DNA from: the human T2T-CHM13v2.0 reference genome, Homo sapiens
Length of the DNA stretch: 64,000 nt
Assembly: GCF_009914755.1 (NCBI RefSeq)
Contig: NC_060936.1
Direction: 5' to 3' (one strand)
Positions 1-12,019 of the stretch are shown one piece after another. The translations under genes were made by a program, and so were the position numbers. Position 1 is the stretch's first letter. The number at the start of each line of letters is the position of its first letter. Below the pieces are notes generated by a model. It was not told where the DNA came from. It ran no database searches and worked only from the letters and a program-made list of their open reading frames with translations.

Positions 1-1499
1 AGCTCAGACGTCTTAAGAACAGCTGCCCTGGTCTACCTGACTGTAAAGTCTATGCTGCAGGGTCTCTCAACCAGCTCTTGTACCAAATGTCAGCCTTTGG
101 AGGAGGTCGACTTCTGCTCCCGTGTCAGAAGCTGCACTTCTACACTAGGTTTCTGCCAGGAGGCAATAGTTCCTGCTGTTGGGAGAACCCAGTGGCACTG
201 TGCTCTGGCCACAGACAGTTAGAGCATCTGAGGCCATAGGGCTGGATATAAACCCAAAGCTCTCCCACTAGTTCCCTGCCAGGCTGCAATCACTTCTCAC
301 ACCCCAGGCATGATGCAGGGAGAAACAGCCCCCATTCAGTAGTCCTGGGTGGTCTCCCCGTGGATCTGTTGGGGTCCCCCGGCTCTCACAAGCAGGGGTT
401 TTTCTTTTATTTCATTTCAGACCTTCAAACTCCTCTTCTGAATCTGTTTGCTCTTGTTGAGGTCTAAAAGGAGGTGGAGAAAAGCCCCCAAAGGAATCCA
501 TGCTAGTGCTTTCATGAAATGTGCCTCGAATTGCAGGCCTGGCTCCCGGGCTCACTATTTGTGTCTTGTGACCTTGGGTGCTCCTCTGTGGGCTAGGAAA
601 GGCCCTTCGCTAGAGCCTCCCTGCCTGTCAAGATGTCGTGGGGAAAGAGCACTGCGGGAGACCCAAACATCAGGGTGGCATTTGTGCCTTTCTTGTAGTC
701 AAGTGATCAGTATCACTTTTAGGTTCCCAGCTCCTTCCTCAGGGGCAGAATGCAATACTATGCACATTGCAGGTACCCAGTGTTTGTTGATGAGAGGAAT
801 GAATGAGCGAATGGAGAATTTTGAGAAGCACGTGCACAACCTGGGAGCTAAGAGACTGTTATAATTAGAAAACCAGGGCTGGTGCTGGGAACCCAGTGGA
901 GGGGCTGGTTCCCGGTGCCTCCCTATCAGACAGGGCTGTCCAGGCTCCCAGACAGCTGGGCCTGAGCCAAGACTCAGCACACTGGCTCTCAGTGACGCCC
1001 TGAGGGAAAAGTCATTCATCATAGAAGGTAATGGTGTGTGGAAGGACCTACCTACCCTCCCCCACCCCATCTTCCACAGACTAGTGGCAGTTTGGAAAGA
1101 ATCTGAGTTTCCCAAGAGAAGAAAGGCCAATTTTAGAACAGTTTTCCTTTTTTTCTAAGCAAGCTGGTGCTTAGGGCATTCTGTACCGGTTCCATGCCAA
1201 GGTATTTGAGCCTCCTCAGACTCTGACCCAGACCACTCCTGCCATCCCAGGTATCAGCTCCCCATCTCTCCATCTATGCCTTCTCTCTGTGTCACCCAAA
1301 GCAAAGGGCAGCAATGTTAATCGGGTCACTCCACGGCAGCCCTTAGTTCCCTGACCTCGGCCATGGGCTCGGTGCTGGCTCCCCCAGCTTCTCTGCAAGG
1401 AAAAGAGCCCTTATGAAGAATCACAGTGGTTCCTTCCTCTCTTCTACATCTGTCTAGGATAGGCATATGTCACAAGAAGTAGAATAATAGGAAAATAAC

Positions 1500-1657
1500 T
1501 TGCCACTCAAAATATGGCCCCTGCACTGCACCAGCAGCCTCAGCATCATCCGGGAGCATGTTAAAAAACACAGAACCTCAGAACTGCTGAATCAGGATCA
1601 GTATTGTAACAAAATATCCAGGTGATTTTTATGCCTGTTAAAGTTTGAGAAGCAAGG
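1500..1657. mobile_element. MER5-family (hAT-Charlie) MITE, degenerate; first of a tandem pair
   Basis: Characteristic 'cagcatcatccgggagcatgtta...ccaggtgatttttatgc...aaagtttgagaagc' MER5 pattern; boundaries approximate. Confidence 0.65.
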
Positions 1658-1665
1658 TTTTAGCC

Positions 1666-1854
1666 CAGCGGTTCTCCAAGTGTAGTATGTGAACCAGGAG
1701 CATCAACCTCACTCACATGGGCACTTGTTGGAAACTCATGCTCCGGCCCCACCCTTGACCTGCCAAATTAGAAATCCAAGGGATAGAGTACAGCATTCAG
1801 TGTTTCAAAGCCTCCCAGATGGTTTGAATGCACACTGAAGTTGGAGAACCACTG
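1666..1854. mobile_element. MER5A (hAT-Charlie) MITE
   Basis: Terminal inverted repeats cagcggttctccaa (1666-1679) and ttggagaaccactg (1841-1854), 13/14 match; ~190 bp length typical of MER5A. Confidence 0.85.
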
Positions 1855-3363
1855 CTGCAGAGGGCGCTTCCACTTTAAAGATAATGTAAAAAGCAAAGAG
1901 AATGGCATTGAGTCAAACCAAGGTGGATGCAGCCAGGATACCACCAAGTGCTCACTTTGGGTCTCAGCAAAAACAGGAGCCTCAGGGTCCCTCTCTTCCC
2001 TTCTTTTAGCAGAGATTCAGAATTTGTAATGTGGAAGACACACATCTGGATATCTGGAAGGATGGGGAGGGAGGGTCGGGCTACTCGATGAGGCGATCAG
2101 GGCAACGCGGCTTCTGCCCCTTGAAAAGAAGGCTCAAGTCAACCCACCTGAATCCTTCCACCGTGGCAGCTCTGAAGCCATAACAAACCATGCTATGATT
2201 CCCTGGTTATCTTACAACTGCTTCCCTATACCGCCCCATGGCCACCCCACCTCCAGTTTTGAAACCTCAAAGCCCGTCTGTGGCCTTAGAAGCCCGAGCT
2301 GTCCTGTGAAATCACGGTCTCCCACACAACCACGAGTTGCTCCCTGGGATTCAGAGTCCTCAGCTGTCAAACAAGGAGTGGGGCTGGGTTGTAAGGTGCC
2401 TGGTCCTTTTGGAATTTCCGGCTTTTGTCCTGGGATGGCTTGGGGGCAGCTTTGTTCGAGGAGGTCAGGTGTAGATGAGGTAACTCTCATGGTGCTTCCA
2501 TCCCTTCCATTGTTATGTCAGGTGTTTAACATGTTTGCTGACTCTCATGCCATTTCTCAAGGTGGTCTGTAGGGTTTTCTCTTGAGCTCATCTTTACCTG
2601 AACTGTTTAAATGCAAATCCTGGGCCACTTGGCTATAGGGTCCCTGCTGGTCAGCATGGGCTTTGGCTTCCGCAAAAGGTCTCAGAATGAGGATCGTGGC
2701 CCAGAACCAATTTCTATATTGATGTCCTCCTTCATCATGTGTATAGTATATTTTTGGACACCAAAGTCTTGTTGAACACAGCCTTGCAGATTTTTGCTTT
2801 CTCATGGGAGCCTTCTCCCACCCAGAACTCCAAGTAAAGACAAACATCCCTGCCAGCTCCCTGAGCTGGAGGGTAGAGATTGCATAGTCACTTTTTACTG
2901 AGGTCATTGCCCTTTGCGAATGAGTAGGAGATTTTGTAGTTTCTTTTTACTGAAGATCATAGCTTAGCATAGGGTTCTCAGAGCCAGATCCTTATGGCCT
3001 TCTCTCCTGCCCTGGTGTCTGATGAATGAAGCCTGTGGGCCCAGTTCAGGTCTGGTCTAGACATTCCTTACCCCAAGCCACCTTTCCACTGGGAACTGCT
3101 TCAGTAAGAGATCTCCCCATTCTGGCTTTCAATTAATCATTTCAGACATCTATGGATTTTTCTTCCTCTTGTAAGCCCAACTACGTATGTATTTTTTAAA
3201 TGTATGTTATTTGGCATTTTTATCTGCTGAGGTGCAAGCTTACGCTAGCCCAGCTCAGCACATGTCCATAACTCTAAGTCCCAGACGACACCGTGTTGCA
3301 TGATTCCTTTCTAGACAAGAAAGCCATTTATTGGAATTAGCAGAGAGAATCTCTCACCAGTCC

Positions 3364-3842
3364 AGACTTTCCCATGGGGTTCTACTGATGCGGAACCAAA
3401 AGCGGCAGACAGGAAAATCCCTTTTCTCTGTGTTCCCTGCTCTATGGCGAGAGGACCGAGGCACCTAGGAGCTTCATTCCTAAGACGCTCCATCCTTGGA
3501 GGCTGCCACTCTTTAGCCCCTCCTCCCCTGCCTGGGAACGTGCTTGGGTCTCTCTTCACAGTTCCCCATTGGCTGGCGGAGTGCTCGGATGGACAGTGAC
3601 CGTCTGGTGACCCAGCAGGGCGGAGGGAAGCTTTGGATGAGAATCCTCGGCTTCCCTGAGGACGCCTGAGGGTGGGGAAATAATCTCCCTTCTTCTCCAG
3701 CCATACAAGTTGCTTATCCCAGTTTCAGCTTTCTATGGTTTCAAAGATATATCCAGCTTTATCTGTTATGACGTAATTGAGGTGGAGGTAGAGGAGTTCA
3801 AGAAACGGAAGGGGGGTATCAGCTAGTTTGTGGGGATTTTCC
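3364..3842. promoter_or_regulatory. Candidate inducible enhancer/promoter: NF-kB x2, CRE/ATF-like, CCAAT, GC box, ETS
   Basis: GGAAAATCCC 3412-3421 and GGGATTTTCC 3833-3842 (consensus GGGRNWYYCC); ATGACGTAAT 3768-3777; ATTGGCT 3568-3574; GGGCGGAG ~3618; locally raised CpG in non-repeat sequence. Confidence 0.4.
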
Positions 3843-4844
3843 TTTGTAGACCAGTATTAATGTGCGAAGCCCTTAACACCGAACAAGAGAAACCAGGGTT
3901 TTATTAATGTTAAAATTTCAGATAGAAGGTATGCTTTGGCGTGGAATAGGATCATTGTCGACATTGACGAAATAACACAATACATTGGGATTTTGAGAGA
4001 TAGAAAAGAGGAAAAAGGAATTTCTCATCTTTCATAGAGAGAGGTTAACAGATACTGTCCACATTTGCAAGGAAATACTAATCTTAAAATTCTAAGTATT
4101 TTAAAAGTTTATTTATGTTTAAAGTAATTTTAGGTATGTTATTTAATGTCACAAAGATAAGTACTAGGGAAAAATTAAAATAGTTACTGATAAAAATTAA
4201 GATCCAGCGAGGAGAGGGTATGAGGTTGCAGAATTCAACAAATTCCCTATCTGTGACACTTGGTAGACAACAATTTCTGTTAAAATTAGGTAAATCAGCA
4301 ATAGAAGCATAAACATTTTGTTTTCTACTAAGATGGTAACCATGAGAAGAACAAAAGCCAGAAACTAGTCATTGCGGTTATCTCTGGAGGGCAGAGGAGG
4401 GAGAATTTTCTTGTTTCATGTCTTTCTGTGATGTAGCTATTTTTTAAGATCATGGGCATGCAATTATTTCTATAATAATAAAAACCACTTAATGCATTTA
4501 ATGGGTCAGAGATAATTGTATCTTGGTCAGCAGAATCTAGACAGAGAAATGTTTTGATTTCTGGGACTGCCAAATCTGTCTTCTTAAGCAAGATAAAGCC
4601 ATGGAGGTCAGGAGGGATAAGCTGGCACTCTGTGACAGCCGGGTGGGAGAGGGGGCAGATAAGGCTCACCTTGCTCCAGCGGAGGGAGCATGGGAGTGAA
4701 AGAAGAAGGCCGAGTGCGTGTTAAAGGGTCAGGCTACTGCGGGCACATTGTTTCTTCAAGGGTCAGGAATATTGTGTCTAGGAAGACTATCTGGAGAATA
4801 AGAATTTTTCTACCTAGAGAACAGGAAAAAGATTAGAGAAACAG

Positions 4845-4890
4845 ACACACACACACACACACTCACACACACACACACTCACACACACAC
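4845..4890. repeat. Interrupted (CA)n microsatellite
   Basis: Directly visible CA run with two CT interruptions. Confidence 0.95.
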
Positions 4891-6029
4891 GCTAGAATGT
4901 TGTTACTGTATTTTTCTCTTGGTTCTGTGGTTCCCCACATTCAGTAATTGGCCTTTCTGACTATTTCAGGGCCCTATATCGGAGCCCTTAATTTCTTTAA
5001 ATTAAGAAATAGTCTAGAGAAAACAAAAGACAAAAGATGTGTTAGCTCAGATGCCATTCTGTGAAAAGGAAGCATTCCCCAGCACAGGTGAGATTCCTAC
5101 TTATGTAGAATGATGGCAAATACAAGCTGAGACTCTAGTTCCTGACTCTTAATAGGGAGCTCTTTGTTCCAAAGGAAACTTCTTCTGCAGTGTCCCTAAA
5201 AACCACAGTGCCAGCGCCCCATCCTTCTGCAATTCCCACTGTGCCCTGACCATTGCCTATGCTTCACAAAGCTTTGTCTAGGAGCCTGAGGCTTTGGTCC
5301 TTTAGGAACCTCAGTAGATAAGCTGGAGTTTCCCAGTAGGTTTCCAAAGTGGTACTCAAATTTCTGATTTATTCTTCATTCATTTTAACATAGAAAGATG
5401 TCCTTTTCCTTCCCCCCTGACTAAGGTACCAAGAACTTGCTCAGGTTCACCATGGGAGGGTGGAAAAGCCCTCAGGACTGTGCAGCCAGTGGGAACATAC
5501 ACCATCGTCCTTCTGCAAAGCACCTCTCCCTTCCCCATCCTCCAAAACGCATTGGCCCAAACCACCACCTCCAGCCTTGATGTTGAAAATCCAACCCCCA
5601 TGTTGGGCTATACATGTGTCAACCCTCACTGATGCTTTTAATTTCATCTCCTTCTGTTTTTTATGCATCATGTACTAACCTTCTTTCTGGACATTGTGTA
5701 AGCTTATGCCTCTGTGTCTTGGCACCACTTCTCCTCTGTGCCCGGAATGGCCTTCTTTGCCTCTCAGGTTTTCAAAACTTTACTTGATGACCCCTCAGGC
5801 CATTAACTGGTGTATCCTCTGGGCTGTTAGAGCACTGTATGTTAGTCTTGGCACCTTGTATCTCATTCATGTGTCAGTCATCTTCCAGATTCCCTTAAGG
5901 TCAGAAACTTGTGTCTCATCAATCTCTATGCCCAGCCCCTGGCACAGCAGCCATGCCATCCCCAGCACACACCAGGAGGCTCCCACATGTTGTAGGTGTG
6001 AAGATGAGCTTTGAGGTCTAACTGAGTAG

Positions 6030-6197
6030 AAGTCCCAACTCTGCCACTTACTTGCTGTGGGACTGGGGCAAGTTAATACTCCGTGCAATGAGGATTGCCT
6101 CCACTTCATTGGTTTGCTGTGATGATGAAATCAGATTGTTCCTGTAAAATGCTTTGTGCATGTATTATGTACTCAGTCAAATTTACCTATAATTATT
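6030..6197 (+). mobile_element. MIR SINE fragment
   Basis: 'tcccaactctgccacttacttgctgtgggactggggcaagtta' core-SINE signature and 3' 'tactcagtcaaatttacctataattatt'. Confidence 0.7.
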
Positions 6198-7449
6198 AAA
6201 TGAAAGGAATGTAGTGCACAATTTCAGATTTTTTTTCTGCCCACATTTTCTCTTATCTTTTCTAAAATTCCTAAACTAGGTAGCAAGAGCTGCAAGAACT
6301 TTCAGAGCTTGGAGACAGGCCCTAAAATCACAAGAATAAACCAACCTTCATGTGCTCCAAAATATGCCTCCTGGGTTGGAAGCAATGACAGGTTTCTGCA
6401 GAAGCTGGCTTTCCCATCGCCTGTCTCTAGACTGCTAAAGGGGGCTATCATTTGGAAAGTCCTCTAAAGATGGAAGTCTCCATTCCATTGGCGAGCGCAT
6501 ATCAACCCTGGAATGTTCTTTTTCCTGACTCATTTCCATCCATCACAACGAGTGTAGTTTTAGGCCCTCTGCCCTTATTCTGTCACCACAGACTTGTATC
6601 CCATAGAAAACTATTTCAAAGCCTGGAGCGTCTTCTCTGGTTCTCCTGATTAGGGTTTTTTTGTTGTTGTTTTTTTGTTTTTTTTGTGTGTGTTTTTTTT
6701 TTTTTTTGGAGGGAAGGGGATGAGTTTCCATCAAAGGCTAGAAGGCAGAGCTGAATCTTGGACATGGTCCTTGGGTGACACCTGATGGTTAAATGCCATA
6801 TCGCAACCATTTTTTTCTTCTGCCCAACAGTACACAAACTAGCAGAAAAGAGTCACCATTCAACAGATATTTTTGACTTGTTTCCATGAATAAAGGTAAC
6901 TGACCAGCCAGGGGATCAGACCTCTGAGTTGATAAATATGCATCAGCTAGCTGAGCTCAGAAAATCCAGGTGACAAAGGAGGGGTCCTGGGGAGGAATGC
7001 GTTCGGGGTGAATCACCCACCTCCCAGGCCCGAAGGAAAGGGCTACTGTTCTCTGTACATGCATTTTTTATTACAACTTCACGGTATCACAAAACCATTG
7101 TTATCAGCAAGGCCCCACTAACCATGACAATGACCCCAGTACCACTTTTCCTTTGTCTTACCCTTTACTTTTACGAAGTACCTCTGTTATTTGAGCCTGA
7201 CCCTAAAATCCTGTAAGGTGGGCAATGACAAGATTATTGTCTCAGCTGTTTGGTAGGGGAACTGAAATGTCTGGTCCAAAGCCAGATTGCTTTGCAATGC
7301 TGCTTCTGGGACTAGAGTGCAGAGGCCTTCCCTTCTGTGGTCCCAGTTTTGCTATTTTCAAGCTGCAATGATTTCTTCCCTCATGCCCTTTTACTCCAAC
7401 CTCACTTCCCTCATGGTTCAAGTCCTCCCATCTCTACTGCAATGACTGC

Positions 7450-8478
7450 AATGATCCCTGGTCCCTGCTCTCTAGTCTCTTCCCCTTTCACGCCCTTCCA
7501 TGGTGGAGTCAGTTGTATGTTTAAGACAAAGATCCAATCACACCTGATTTAAAACAAAAACCAAAATAAAACTGCCATGGTTTTCACTGCAGCCAGCACA
7601 AAGCTTAACCGTCTTGGCCTCCTGCACAACATCCTTGACTCCTGACTGCATCGACAGCCTCATCCCCAGCTCCTCTCCTCCCTGCCACCTGTGTCCCACC
7701 ACACACACCAAATTTGAGCTCCAGCCACACACGGTTGCTGATCTCCATTCCCCATAGTCTTCCACCGCCCACCGCATTAATTTCCTCTCACAACATGCTT
7801 TCTTCTCACTTCTGTAGGCTGGCCATTCTGCTGTCTCCTCCAGATCCATTCTCCTCATTTCTCTTCCTTGCTTATTGTCCCAGAGACCATCACTCAGGCT
7901 CCATTCTCTCTGGATTCCAGTTGGCTTCAGCCATGAATCCTGCACTAGCCAGAGACCAGAGAGCAAGGTCCTGGTGCTCACAGTCCTCCTTGTGATTTGG
8001 GGAGTGGGTGCATCCCTCTTCCTAGGTCCCAGTCCTGTAACAGCCCTTCTCCACAGCCACAGCCATCTGCAGGTTCTGGGTATCCCACACTCACTCCATC
8101 CACTTGACTCCTTGGGCCTAGAGGTCTAGTGGCTTCCTGCTGCTCCCGGTGCCCTGTTGGCTCTCATGGCACTGCCCACACCCCTGCACCTTCTTTAGGC
8201 TCTGTTTGTCATTCCTTTCCAGTGTGTTCTGCATTCTGCCAGGAAGACCCTGACTGATACAACCTCTTCAGTGAGGCCTCTCCTGCATCCTCCTTCCTTC
8301 CTGGTAGCAGTAATCACTCCCACATAGAGTACCGTCCATGCATGCTACCTCACAGGATTAGTGGTTTGCACCATGAGTGACTCCATGGCAATGCTTCTTT
8401 CATTCATCTTTGTATCCACAGTCCTCAGTATGTGGTCTGGCACACAGTATGAGGTCAAAATGCTTAATGAATGAATCA
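7450..8478 (+). mobile_element. L2 LINE 3' fragment, interrupted by the LTR33-like element
   Basis: Pyrimidine-rich L2 body, ending 'tctggcacacagtatgaggtcaaaatgcttaatgaatgaat' (L2 3' tail). Confidence 0.55.
7813..8261 (+). mobile_element. LTR33-like ERVL solo LTR
   Basis: TG...CA termini, 'cctccagatccattctcc' 5' motif, 3' end 'ccctgactgataca'; 5-bp TSD acttc/acctc (4/5). Confidence 0.75.
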
Positions 8479-9694
8479 CTTCTTGCACAAAAGAGATGTT
8501 TTATTTGAAAGGATGTAGTCGAATGATATCAAGGCTTTGGGTTTGAACTTTATATGGATCAGTTATTTTTATGAAGAGCTTATGGCAGAGATTCTACCCT
8601 CATTCTGGTCAGTCATAATGGTTTCCCTTGAAGCGTGGATGGATCCACCAGCTTTCTCATGCCCAAGAGAGTGCCCTGCTCCAGAACACACAGGCTCTTG
8701 TGGCATGGCTTTTGAGGGAAAGCCCAATCATAGCGGAGAGTCATCCTCTGTAAGTCCTGCAATATATTGTGCATGGAGGCACAAAGCTTCTGGAGGTAGG
8801 AAGAGATGCTTCAGAACCAGAAGTGTCAGCTCCAAGGGGTGTCTGCTGATGAGTTGGCGTCATCATCAGGCTTCCCTGCTTTAACCAACCTACTTGAATC
8901 AATGACTACACTGAGCTTCTAGAGGGAAGGCTGGGGCTGGCCAAGAGACAGAGTTTGGGAGCTCTCATCACCGGTTCACTGATACGGGCTCTTTCATCTC
9001 ACAAGACGCTAAAGCACAAAGACTTTCTGGAGATCATTGGGAAGGAAAAACCCAGGAGTGGGCACTAAGATGAGTCGTTGGAGCTGGAAGATGAGAGTGA
9101 AACTTCTGTTCTACGGAAGAAGGGGCCAAGACTTGGAGATGCTGTGTGTCTCGTGTTGCTCAGTCCCCAGACAGGATTTGGGATTCAGATGTGCACAGAG
9201 AGGTGATGGGCTGGCCCTGGTGCCCAACACACACCAGCTCTTCATCTGAAGGCTCTGTAGCATCTGCCTCCAGGCCTTTCTGTGACTCTCTGGGCCAAAG
9301 GCAGGAAAAGCAGGGCAAATCTTCTTCAAAGGATTTGGTTTATTTGCCACTAGAGTAATTCCAGATAGATCAAGGATGCAAGGCTTGGCAGTGTATTTGG
9401 GAAGTTGGGCTGGGATTCAACATTTGTTAGGGTTAATCAAGAGCTGCAGAGTTCTGTGCACCTAGAAGGTATTCATTAAAATTTGGTGAATAGATTAAAA
9501 GACAAAGCCACACACGCAGTACTTGTGGACAGAGCTGACTTTACAAGTCCCCCTCGCTTACCACGCCATCCATAGTAAATACCCCACAAGTCCCTTCACT
9601 GCTGGTCCTAGGTCTTTGCCCGGCTTCCCTGTCAATGTCTGGACACCTAAACGGGCTTCCTGGTTTTCCTCCAGCCTCCTTGCTTCTTGGCCCT

Positions 9695-9696
<2 letters not shown>

Positions 9697-9742
<46 letters not shown>
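9697..9742. repeat. (GT)23 microsatellite
   Basis: Perfect dinucleotide run. Confidence 0.98.
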
Positions 9743-9744
<2 letters not shown>

Positions 9745-10427
9745 TTGGGGAGGGCGGGTAGGCAGCCTTCCCCTGTTGCTATATTGGGAATTCTAAGCCC
9801 GTTGCTGTAAATGAAGTGACATTTGCCTTCGCATCCTTGTCTGAAAAGAGGCTCCTTTACACTGACTATATTTCTAGCCCCACCACGGTCACTTAGAGTG
9901 GCCACTGAGGGAGTTGAGGAGGTCACAGCCTCTCCTCGTGTATAGAGCAGGTGTTTGCACACTGGAACCTTTTTGCACACGCAGGGCTGGCCTCTGAGGT
10001 AGGGATTTCAATAGCTTCACAGGCCATTGTTTCCTCCTCAATGCCCCGAGATCAACGCAGGAAGTGTAGGTTTTCTTAAGGTGCCCCGGGAAGATATAAC
10101 TCTATGAAGACCCACCATATACACAGGGAGTGACAAGGCCTATTCCCTGATTCTGACCATGGACCTGGGACAGCTGAACCAATGACAAAATGCAGCAGCT
10201 CCTGCCTTGCTTACAGCTCCATGTGGCTGAGTGCAGCCACCTCCTGTTCTTAGGGGTCTATGAGCGACTTAGGAGCTGGACGGGGAGGAGCACAGCAACC
10301 TGTGCAGGGGCCCTGCCTGCATATTCTCTCCACGCCTCTTCTTTCCCTCAGGCGGCTGGGAAGTCTGGACGGCGCCCATACCAAAGGGAGGACGTCTGCC
10401 TGGAAGCATGTGTGTATGTACGTATGT

Positions 10428-10530
10428 ATTTAAGAGAACCAGTCTTGCTCGGTTGCCCAGGCTGGTCTTGAACTCCTGGACTCAAGCAATCCCCTCACCT
10501 CAGCCTCTTAAGCAGCTGGGATTACCAGCC
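10428..10530 (-). mobile_element. Alu monomer (FLAM/AluJ) fragment
   Basis: 'ttgcccaggctggtcttgaactcctggactcaagcaatcc...cctcagcctc...gctgggattac'. Confidence 0.85.
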
Positions 10531-10873
10531 GCCTCTGGAAGCATTTCCATCTCCCTGCAGGCTGCTGGCAGGCCACCTACTCAGAGCTGTGCCTGCTCCC
10601 TGTGCTCTGTTCCATGCAATCCCGGGCCCCCAGGTGCAAACGCCCTGTCCTAAAGGCACCCTGCCGGGCATGTGAGTGCTCTTCAGCCACCATAGGCCAC
10701 AGGAGGGGAGTTGGAGGTGACTGGGCAACTCCTGGTTCACTTGCCTGGTGGGAGGGAGGCCATGACTTCACAAGAGTGGGAGGGAGGTGCTCAGTCACTT
10801 GCACAGGAGAGTTGTTCCCTCGTTCAGGTGAGTCCCTCCTCCACACACCTGTGGCTGGATCTGTGATGTGGCC

Positions 10874-11521
10874 TGACGTGGCAGGGAGAGCCAGTGGCCG
10901 TCGCCGGGGCTCCAAGCGTCCCCATCCTGCGGCTGGCAGTGCCTGGCCTCCTGGTCCACAGGACCAGGCCTGAGTGAGCCACACAGGGTAACTCTCCCAT
11001 CCTCCAAAACCATCCAGATTCCACCCTTGGAAGTGGCTGGGCAGAGCACCCAGTCAGCCTTTCCTTGACTTCCCGCAGCGGCTGCAAACGCCGGCCTCGT
11101 CATGCTTTCCAAACGCATGTTCAAGGCCACGAAACAAGGAGGCAGGAGATGCACATTTTCTTTTAAACGGCTTTCTTGTCTGCCTCTCTGCGGAGTGAAC
11201 GTGCTCTGAGGCAGGAAGTCCACAGGGCCTTTTCCAACCATCCTCCAGGGGCCCGCAGGGATGTTTGTGCCCCACCTCCCAGCCCCGTGGACTGACGTGG
11301 TACTGGCTGCTAGCAGGGTGGGGCGCAGTGTCTCAAAGCCGCGCTTCTGCACCAGGGTGGTGACTAAGAGGTAAAAGTTAACTTGTCCCAGACATCCATG
11401 TCAGGCTGGCTCCCCGGGCAAGGAGGTGGCAGCCAGCTCTGGCCTAGTGCCAAGGAAGTCTCCTTGATGCTCCCCAGCTGTGAACACCAATGTGAGTCTG
11501 ACCACTGGCTTGCCACGTCAT
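10874..11521. promoter_or_regulatory. Candidate enhancer with three UPRE / XBP1-CREB3-family sites
   Basis: TGACGTGGCA 10874-10883, TGACGTGG 11293-11300, TGCCACGTCAT 11511-11521, in CpG-retaining unique sequence. Confidence 0.45.
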
Positions 11522-12019
11522 ACAACTGGAGCTGCAGTGCTTGAGCCCAGCTCTCTGACTAGGAGGGAAGTGCCTGGTGCTCTGCACAACCACACAGAGC
11601 TGGCCAGATAGGATGGGGGCCAAGGCCCTGCCATGTCCCACTGTGGCTGCATCCTGGCCCTGATGATGCCAGGCTGGTGGCTTCTCTAATCAGGCAACTC
11701 ACAACCGTGCCACCCAAAGGCCAAGATCTCTGTCCCAGACCCTGACAACCAGCCTGCTCATCTCTGGTAATGTCCCAGAAAAAAATGGATAAGAGGGTCC
11801 TTTTCACTGCCTCTGTTCCTGTCTCCAGGAGTTCCCCCAGGGAACACTGCTCTTGCAGGTATGGAGTATGCTCACACATACTATGCTTAATATTTTGCTG
11901 TATTTTCTTCTGCTCTTTATTTGCAGTATGTGTGTGTGCGTGTGCGTATGTACATATGTGTGCATATGCTTGTGGGTCCATTTAAACAAACAGGATCATC
12001 TAATACCTAGAGATCATTA

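Noticed and set aside
11487-11506. Possible ERSE (CCAAT-N9-CCACG) beside the third UPRE
   Set aside because: The actual sequence is CCAAT-N10-CCACT; both spacing and the last base are wrong.
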